Shown here: positions 52,874 to 64,000 of the stretch, one piece after another | How the letters are laid out: every line of letters starts with the position of its first letter | Position numbering within the stretch: position 1 is the first letter of the stretch | Source of the DNA: Eledone cirrhosa | Lineage: Eukaryota | DNA length: 64,000 nucleotides | Assembly (NCBI GenBank): GCA_964016885.1 | Contig: OZ024758.1 | Location: 5,580,001-5,644,000, forward strand | Direction of reading: 5' to 3' | The notes under the pieces: generated by a model | Seen by the model: only the letters and a program-made list of their open reading frames with translations | Told to the model about the DNA's origin: nothing | The model's database searches: none | Translations under genes and position numbers: made by a program

Positions 52874-52949
52874 TACCCACTCTACTACCCTAAGTATTGA
52901 GTACTTTGGTGCGTTATGGTCCACCTGGTTCCTTTACACATTTCCTTCG

Positions 52950-52983
<34 letters not shown>

Positions 52984-52989
<6 letters not shown>

Positions 52990-53463
52990 ATAATAATAAA
53001 TGTGAAGACTAAAATCCAAAGAGGGCTCAACAATAAGGATAAATATATATCAAATATATAAGAACCCTGGAGCAATGAGAGAAAGTTACATAATAATAAT
53101 AATAGCAGTAATAATAATAATAATAATAATGATAATAAGAAGAAGAAGGATGATGACGATGGTGATGATTGTAGGGGAAAAGATTATAGAGATATAGTGA
53201 ACTAAAGTGAAAGTGATACAAGCGGTAACAAGCTGTTTGTTATCGACGATCAGCCCACGGTTACCTTAAGTTACTCTCACTGATAATATCAAAACAGGGA
53301 ACATGTGGTCTATTTACTAACAACCTGACATTGTTGTATAGTCTACTAGGTAGTGGATTGCAGAATCGGTAGAGCGTTGGAGTATATGGTGTGTAGTGTT
53401 TAGTTGGCTGGTAAACTTGACATGCCACCCGGTTTAACTCAACCACCTGGTCGTGGGTACTTT
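52984..53463 (-). repeat. Dispersed repeat about 475 bp, inverted partner of 61469-61940
   Basis: Near-identical reverse complement; the ORF track shows almost the same 61-aa frame in both. Confidence 0.9.
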
Positions 53464-53558
53464 AGCAGGGTTTGTTCTGAATTGTAAATTAGCCGAATTG
53501 GTATAGAGTAGAACAAAATATATTCTGGAATGTGTTCCTGCTCTTTGAGTTCTGAGTG

Positions 53559-53675
<117 letters not shown>

Positions 53676-53709
53676 TGTGTGTGTGTGTGTGTGTACCATT
53701 AATATTTAC

Positions 53710-53917
53710 CTCTATCCATTTGCCTGTTACCCAGCTTGGAGGGCAGTCCTGAATATTACATTTCTGTTTCCGAGGAGGACGTGTGAAATGTTCACAGCGT
53801 TTCTTTGGAACACGTCGAAATCTTTTCTCTGAAACCATTTCACGGCACCGAACTTTTCTCATTTGTCGTCCACCTCCGCACTTACTCGTACACGGTCTCC
53901 ATTTCTCAGGTACCCAG
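53710..53917 (-). CDS. ADAMTS exon, TSP1
   Basis: WVPEKWRPCTSKCGGGRQMRKVRC...CNIQDCPPSWVTGKWIE. Confidence 0.94.
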
Positions 53918-54035
53918 CTGAAAAAAACAACATATTATTAGTGTTAGCACCGTCATCGATATAATTGGTATTTACTAAAATACTGGGATCGATACTAATG
54001 ACTTTCCCTTCCTCGAATGTTGCTGGTTTTGTGTA

Positions 54036-54152
54036 ATAGGAACGAGTAGGACCCCGACGGCTGAGCTCAAGCCGTTTTGACGGCTAATTGGCGTCCAGAA
54101 TTAGCCGTCGAAACAGCTTGAGCTCAGCCGTCGGGGTCCTACTCGTTCCTAT
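54036..54152. repeat. Second copy of the 54-bp-arm fold-back palindrome
   Basis: Same arms with 2 mismatches; loop GGCGTCCAG. Confidence 0.9.
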
Positions 54153-54209
54153 ATATATATATATATATAAGAAGGCAAACAAAAAGGTAATTTTAATAAT
54201 GCAACATAC

Positions 54210-54336
54210 CTTGGTGGGCACGCCTTTTGTTTACAAGCAACTGTCCCGGTTTCTGGTTTGTCAGACATATCACAGTATGAGCTGTTTACTTCTTTGTCTT
54301 GGTTTAACAAACAAATGGCTTCAATTTCTTTGGTTC
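54210..54336 (-). CDS. ADAMTS exon, TSP1
   Basis: TKEIEAICLLNQDKEVNSSYCDMSDKPETGTVACKQKACPP. Confidence 0.92.
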
Positions 54337-54457
54337 CTATTAAAACAACATAGAAATTTACAAATGCTTATAGATAGATAGACGCATTATACCTTCATGA
54401 ACACAAGACAACATGCACACATACATTTAGGAAAGCATACACATACATATGTATACA

Positions 54458-54518
<61 letters not shown>

Positions 54519-54881
54519 ATATATATGTATGCATATATATATGTATGTATATATATATGTATAGCTAAACCAAGATTGTTCTCAGGTTCTCAAGTGGTCG
54601 TATTATCAACACACATTGACCTTTAACCACAGTCAGACTAACAGAGATAGTAATTCTTTTGTTTGAGCTAACAATGTCGCCATTTAGATTAACTGCGTTT
54701 GTTTAAAAGGAAATTATGAAGGGCCATCCGTTTAATGATTTGGGGTTCTCAATCCTTATAAATACAAGAAATTTTGACCCTAGATAGAATAGTCAGCTTC
54801 GTTGCTCTGCAACATACAGACATCCTGTTTCTTGGCCTAGCACAGTTTGTCATGTATCCACATTCACACACACATATACAC

Positions 54882-55180
54882 GCTAGCCAGATCTGCTGGG
54901 TCAGCGCCTTCAGGGCTGGGTACCACCACCACCACCAACACACACCCAAGCCAGAACTGCTGGGTCAGCGCCTTCAGGGCTGGGTACCACCACCACCACC
55001 AACACACACCCTAGCCAGAACTGTTGGGTCAGCGCCTGGAGGACTGGCTACCACCACCAACACACACCCAAGCCAGAACTGCTGGGTCAGCGCCTTCAGG
55101 GCTGGCTACCACCACCACCAACACACACCCTAGCCAGATCTGCTGGGTCAGCGCCTTCAGGGCTGTCTACCACCACCAAT
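54882..55180. repeat. GC-rich about 60-bp minisatellite, 5 units
   Basis: GCCAGAACTGCTGGGTCAGCGCCTTCAGGGCTGG-(ACC)n-AACACACACCC. Confidence 0.9.
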
Positions 55181-55392
55181 CACTTATGTGAATCAAGTTG
55201 AATTTACGTTTTCTAAATATGAATGTTATTACAAACTATAGAATTTAAAATCCCTTTCCTAGAGTTTAAGTATTGTACCACAGCAAGAGAATACTTTATA
55301 AGTTCGTTGAGAAACCGTTGAAGGTATATACTCAATTAGGGTATTAAATCAGAGGTTATTAGCGTATTTAATCCATAGTGGCTGACTGATAT

Positions 55393-55474
<82 letters not shown>

Positions 55475-55572
55475 ACACCCACACATATATATAGACGTAT
55501 ACCGGTACCCATTCCTTGAACTCATTAAATTACAGGGGATTAACAAGATTTTTTAACTCTGTTGTTTTCATT

Positions 55573-55610
<38 letters not shown>

Positions 55611-55724
55611 CGAAGGAAATGTGGTAAGGAACCAGATGGACCATAACGCACCAAAGTACTCAATACTTAGGGTAGTAGAGTGGGTAATAGGAACAAGTAT
55701 GACCCCCCCGGGGTCATACTTGTT

Positions 55725-55787
<63 letters not shown>

Positions 55788-56214
55788 TGAATTTGAATTT
55801 TCAATAATAAAATGTAAATAATTGTCAAATAAAATTCAATTTCGCAGGTTTGTGGTGGTTGTGTTGCTGGAGATTAAAATTTTGATTTGAATATTTCAAT
55901 TAAAATTTCAATCATGAAAATAAAAACGTGGTTTCGATACACCGCTAGAACGACCGCCATCTTTTCTGTACGTGAAACCATTGCTCAGTTTTATGACATT
56001 GTAATTTCAAATTAATTAAAGACTTATTGAATAAATAAATAAATGAAAAATACTAAAATCTAGACCCGAAAAGTCTAACAGATGTAAGATATCCTGTTAT
56101 GGATATCTTACATCTGTCATATGTTGTAAAGAGAGTTTCACTTTTCTTAATGTCATGTCTGTCACAGCTATTTCGAACTATTTTGAAAAGATGCTCTATT
56201 GGTTTTTTTATTTT

Positions 56215-58904
<2,690 letters not shown>

Positions 58905-59094
58905 GTGGTGTCTTCATGGGTGGAGATGCTATAAAATATTATACAAGATAGGGGGAAGACCCTTAGAGACAGTTCTATATTTCACATTTCTCACCATTAG
59001 AGAAATAGACGGTTTCTTATTCAGAAACAAGATTCTTTCATTGGAATTTAGACATCAACTGTTCGTTTGTGTACGTGAGTGTGAGTGTGAGTGT

Positions 59095-59205
<111 letters not shown>

Positions 59206-59215
59206 GATATGTATA

Positions 59216-59252
<37 letters not shown>

Positions 59253-59599
59253 TTATTTTATTATTATCATTATTATTACTGCTATTATTATTGTCGTTAT
59301 TATGTTGTTTTTTTTTCGTGCAATTGCCATACTCGATAAAGAGGGGGCAGTCATCATCATCATATATGTATGTTTCTCTTTCTCTTAATTTCGAGTACAT
59401 TTTTGACCGGCCACCTTCCTGGTGGCAAGGTTGTAAGAGAAAAGATATTGTCATCCCTTGAATCGCAAGAATGTTTTGCAAATATTGAAGGTGCCAGCTA
59501 TCGCAGCCATTTGTAGTCTATGAATTAGGGAGCTGTGCTCTTTGTCCACAAATCCATGTGCAGCTATACTTTAGTCCAAACGGGTTGGTATATTACGTG

Positions 59600-59633
<34 letters not shown>

Positions 59634-60289
59634 AAGGAATTGTGGTAAGGAACCAGATAGACCATAACGCACCAGAGTACTCAATACTTAGGGTAGTAGA
59701 GTGGGAAATAGGAAAAAGTATGACCCCGGCGGCAGAGCTCAAGCCGTTTCGATATATATATATATATATATACACATATACGTATCTAGGTGTGTATGTC
59801 AAATGGTGAGAATGTAAAACTCCCAAACCAAGGAAACCTTAAATTATGTCACATTCTCACACGCATATAGACATGGTTAACCTTACCTTACCCTACTCCA
59901 AGGTCAAAAGAATAAAAGCTATTTACACAATTTAATACAACATAGTTTTTTCTTACAAAATATTTATGACCTTGTACCAATAAAACTAGTGGAGATCCTA
60001 ATGTCAACAGAACTGGCTCATATTTTTTTTTAGAAAGCACGACAGTGTGCACGTAATATTGGCAGTGTACTTACATAATATGCCAGTGTGTTCTGAAAAT
60101 TGGCAGTGTACTCACAGCATAGATCAGTGTGTTCTGTAAATTTTCAGTATGTTCAAACATATGACAGTGTGTTCTGAAAATTGGCAGTGTACTTACAACA
60201 TAGAGCAGTGTACTCAGACACAGGGCAGTGTACTTAGACATAGGACAGTGTACTTAGAAAAGAAGAGAATTTAGTGTTTAATATTTTAC

Positions 60290-60446
60290 CTCCAGCACAC
60301 GATTTTGAACAAGATGATACTTTCACAGCCCAGTTAAATCTTCTGGAATTGACTGCTTTTTTCGATCTGGACTCATGTAGTTCCTTCGCTGTTTTAGGTA
60401 TGACATACTCATAATGTAATCCTGGGTTGTGTCCTTGAGCTAGGAT
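60290..60446 (-). CDS. ADAMTS exon, spacer end and start of TSP1
   Basis: ILAQGHNPGLHYEYVIPK...FNWAVKVSSCSKSCAG. Confidence 0.93.
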
Positions 60447-60697
60447 CTACAAGAATAAAAGAAACAAAACAAAAGGGGTCACTTCATTTAAATGGTATGC
60501 TATGGTATGGTATGGTATGGTATGGTATGGTATGGTGTGGTATGGTGTGGTATGGTATGGTATGGTATGGTATGGTACGGTATGGACCCATAACTCCTGA
60601 AAGGAGTTGTAGGGTCGCCATATTGACATAGCGTTTCTTTGGATATTTTAAAACCTGGCGGAGCTCATCTCCTCTCTAGGCCTGAGTACAGTAGATA

Positions 60698-60758
<61 letters not shown>

Positions 60759-60797
60759 TAGTGGTGGTGGTAGTAGTAGTAGATATAATATAATTAC

Positions 60798-61048
60798 CTC
60801 AAGTACAATATCTTCTTCAAGAGGACCGGCTGCTTCTAACGTCTCGGGTCTGTTATATGGCCGCCAGTAAAGAAAGCGAGTGGAATGTTTTCCTAATGAG
60901 TAAATACCTGACCAAGCTACCCGATTGTTTCCATTCAGGTAATACTCCCCGAACTTATTACGTATTGCAATATAGTTTGATGAGGTACTTTCCTCTCTCA
61001 CCTTTATATTTCGAGCATATTTCGGCAGAACCACGACTGGAAAATAGC
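60798..61048 (-). CDS. ADAMTS exon, spacer domain
   Basis: YFPVVVLPKYARNIKVREESTSSNYIAIRNKFGEYYLNG...PETLEAAGPLEEDIVLE. Confidence 0.94.
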
Positions 61049-61468
61049 CTGTAAAACAAAAATAGCAAAACTATAATAAACATATATAAAATATATATAA
61101 AATATATATAGCAATACTATAATTGTTTTTACTTTTGGCACAAGGCCAGCAATTACCCAGTGCATTACTGGTACTTTATTTTATCGACCCCGTAAGGATG
61201 AAAGGCAAAGTTAGTTAACCTCGGCGGGATTTGAACTCAGACCATAAAGGGCCGTACTATACGTCAAAGCATGGCGTCCGACCCTCTACCGATACTGCCA
61301 ATCCAAGCCATTATTAACATTAAGGGCGGCAGATTAGCAGTATCGGTAGAGGGTCGGACGCCATGTTTTGCAGCATAGAGTCTTGAACTCTCAGTTGCTG
61401 TAAGCCACAGAAACCAGGATAAGCACCGATCTGATGAGCTCCGGGATTGAGACAGACTTTAGATAGTT

Positions 61469-61940
61469 AAAGGTACCCAGGACCATGTGGTTGAGCTAAA
61501 CCGGGTGGAATGTCAAGTTTACCAGCCAACTAAACACTACACACCATATACTCCAACGCTCTACCGATTCTACAATCCACTACCTGGTAGACTATACAAC
61601 AATGTCAGGTTGTTAGTAAATAGACCACATGTTCCCTGTTTTGATATTATCAGTGAGAGTAACTTAAGGTAACCGTGGGCTGATCGTCGATAACAAACAG
61701 CTTGTTACCGCTTATATCACTTTCACTTTAGTTCACTATATCTCTATAATCTTTTCCCCTACAGTCATCACCATCGTCATCATCCTTCTTATTATCATTA
61801 TTATTATTATTACTGTTATTATTATTATTATGTAACTTTCTCTCATTGCTCCAGGGTTCTTATATATTTGATATATATTTATCCTTATTGTTGAGCCCTC
61901 TTTGGATTTTAGTCTTCACATTTATTATTATTACTATATA
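61469..61940 (+). repeat. Dispersed repeat about 475 bp, inverted partner of 52984-53463
   Basis: Near-identical reverse complement of 52984-53463. Confidence 0.9.
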
Positions 61941-61972
61941 TATATATCTGGTGATTCTATAGACATGTTTTA

Positions 61973-62012
<40 letters not shown>

Positions 62013-62349
62013 GCTGTGAGCGCTCTCTCTCTCTATATATATATATACATATATACATATATATGTGGCGGAGTGGTTAGGGAATTGGATTCGCAATCGT
62101 AAGGTTGTGAGTTCGATTCCTGGACCGGGCGATGCGTTATGTCCTTGAGCAAGACACTTTATTTCACGTTGCTCCTTCTACCTGGAGTTGCGACCGATAG
62201 ATAGTATTAGCAATTGGAAAGACCAACGGAAACATTGTTCCCTCGGTCCGATTTGACGAAAGTCGATCGTTCCTTTTATATATGTATATAAATACCTGTG
62301 TATGGGTGCATTTGCGTAATAACAGAAAAGGAAAAGGGGAAAGTCTTAC

Positions 62350-62473
62350 CGGATGTCGGTGACTGAGTAGAGTAAGTGTGTCGAACAAAATGACAGGTAG
62401 TATTAAATCCTTTACATAAACCACATATGTCTTTGACGGCATTTGAATCTATCACATCATCGCAGCCGACATC
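62350..62473 (-). CDS. ADAMTS exon, Cys-rich domain end
   Basis: DVGCDDVIDSNAVKDICGLCKGFNTTCHFVRHTY; TAG acceptor, GTAAGA donor. Confidence 0.92.
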
Positions 62474-62664
62474 CTAGAATAATAATGAATAAGGATTAGT
62501 ATTTCTAAGATACATACAATAGGTGGTACATTGGAAGGAAAGATATACCTTGCTCTGTTGACCAGGTAATTCGAGAGATGTTAATTCTAACATAGTTACA
62601 AGGGCGGGAATTTGAGGGATGAAATTTTAGTGTCGCTCTACCTGTTACAAATAGCAACCAAATC

Positions 62665-63015
62665 TGTCATTACTGTCAGGTGGACCAACTGTCATTACTG
62701 TGTGGTGGACCACCTGTCATTACTGTCAGATGAATCACCTGGCAGTAATGTTATGTGGACCACCTGTCGTTACTGTCAGGTGCACCACATGTCGTTACTG
62801 TCAGGTGGACCACCTGTCGTTACTATCAGGTGGACCACCTGTCGTTACTATCAGGTGGACCACCTGTCGTTACTGTCAGGTGGACCACCTATCGTTACTG
62901 TCAGCTGGACCACCTGTCGTTACTATCAGGTGGACCACCTGTCGTTACTGTCAGGTGCACCACATGTCGTTACTGTCAGCTGGACCACCTGTCGTTACTA
63001 TCAGGTGGACCACCC
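62665..63015. repeat. 25-bp minisatellite, about 14 units
   Basis: TGTCGTTACTGTCAGGTGGACCACC. Confidence 0.92.
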
Positions 63016-63271
63016 GCGAGACAATTACTGAAAAATGACGTCTCTCTCCCTTTTTTTTTCATTTAGTTATATTTTTGTTTGAATTTTTTTTTTGTGAGAA
63101 GATTAATGAAACGAGGAAATAAATAAATAAATAAATAAATAAATACATAAAATGAATAAATAAATAAAGTAGGTAACTATGAATAAAAGAACAAATACGA
63201 GAATGACAAAAAAAGCGAAAAAAAAACCAGAGACAGAAACGAAAGAAAGAGAAAAAGAAAGAGAGGGGGAG

Positions 63272-63322
<51 letters not shown>

Positions 63323-63607
63323 GAGAAAGTGAGAGAGAGAGAGAAAGAAATAAAGAAGGAAAGAAAGAAGGAAATAAATAAAAAAGAAAAAGGAAACAGA
63401 GAAAGAGATAAAGAAAAAAGGAAAGAAAAAAGAAAGCAAAAAAGCAAGAAAGAAGGGAAGAAAGAGGAGAAAAGAGATAAATAAATAATTAAATAAAGAA
63501 AGAAAGAAAAAAGAAAGAAAGAAAGAACGAAGAAGAAAGAAATAAGAGAACTATGCGAAAGTGTTCAACAATGTCGTTATTGTCAGTCGCTGGTTTGACA
63601 AAGATTA

Positions 63608-63926
63608 ACGACTAATGTTGATAGTTTCATTGAAATATTGAGAAATATTTCACTATTGTGTCTTGTTATATCACATCAATGTAACTAACGACTAATGTTG
63701 ATAGTTTCATTGAAATATTGAAGAAATATTTCACTATTGTGTCTTGTTATATCACATCAATGTTACAAACGACTAATGTTGATAGTTTCATTGAAATATT
63801 GAGAAATATTTCACTATTGTGTCTTGTTATATCACATCAATGTTACAAACGACTAATGTTGATAGTTTCATTGAAATATTGAGAAATATTTCACTATTGT
63901 GTCTTGTTATATCACACCAATGTTAC
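63608..63926. repeat. 80-bp tandem repeat, 4 units
   Basis: ACGACTAATGTTGATAGTTTCATTGAAATATTGAGAAATATTTCACTATTG... Confidence 0.93.
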
Positions 63927-64000
63927 TATCTTGAAGATATCAGATGTAACAATATACACCATGTAGATATATCTAGCTGTATGTATGTCTATGTATATAT

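Noticed and set aside
53261-53446. Duplicated 61-aa ORF (also 61487-61672) as a small gene
   Set aside because: Starts at a non-ATG codon and lies wholly within a dispersed repeat; no splice or domain support.
62063-62135. tRNA gene
   Set aside because: The tRNA-like A/B boxes run directly into SINE core sequence, so it is treated as a SINE head.
63059-63545. K/E/R-rich and F/S/L-rich ORFs
   Set aside because: (GAAA)n and (TAAA)n simple repeats.

Overview
Eukaryotic genomic DNA: AT-rich, full of GT-AG introns and microsatellites. The repeat landscape suggests a coleoid cephalopod, probably Octopus (inference). Two convergent genes are present. (1) A complete nephrocystin-3 (NPHP3) gene on +, with 28 hand-traced, phase-consistent coding exons from 741 to 37969 (about 1297 aa): myristoylation motif, coiled coil, P-loop region with a Walker A K-to-R change, and TPR array. 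(2) The 3' part of an ADAMTS16/18-like gene on -, with 9 exons from 62473 to 47013: Cys-rich end, spacer, five TSP1 repeats and PLAC. Introns hold tRNA-derived SINEs, RTE and R4/Dong-like LINE fragments, mariner/piggyBac/hAT-type MITEs, minisatellites and very long TA/CAT arrays. The most unusual signal is a set of short islands in or beside (TA)n tracts that carry type I hammerhead-ribozyme folds or half-folds, several as fold-back palindromes. These include a perfect 190-bp-arm palindrome at 17190-17571 with a hammerhead core on both strands, and a well-formed hammerhead at 23810-23893. I infer these are Penelope-like/retrozyme-like terminal repeats. All calls are by eye; no database search or folding program was run.
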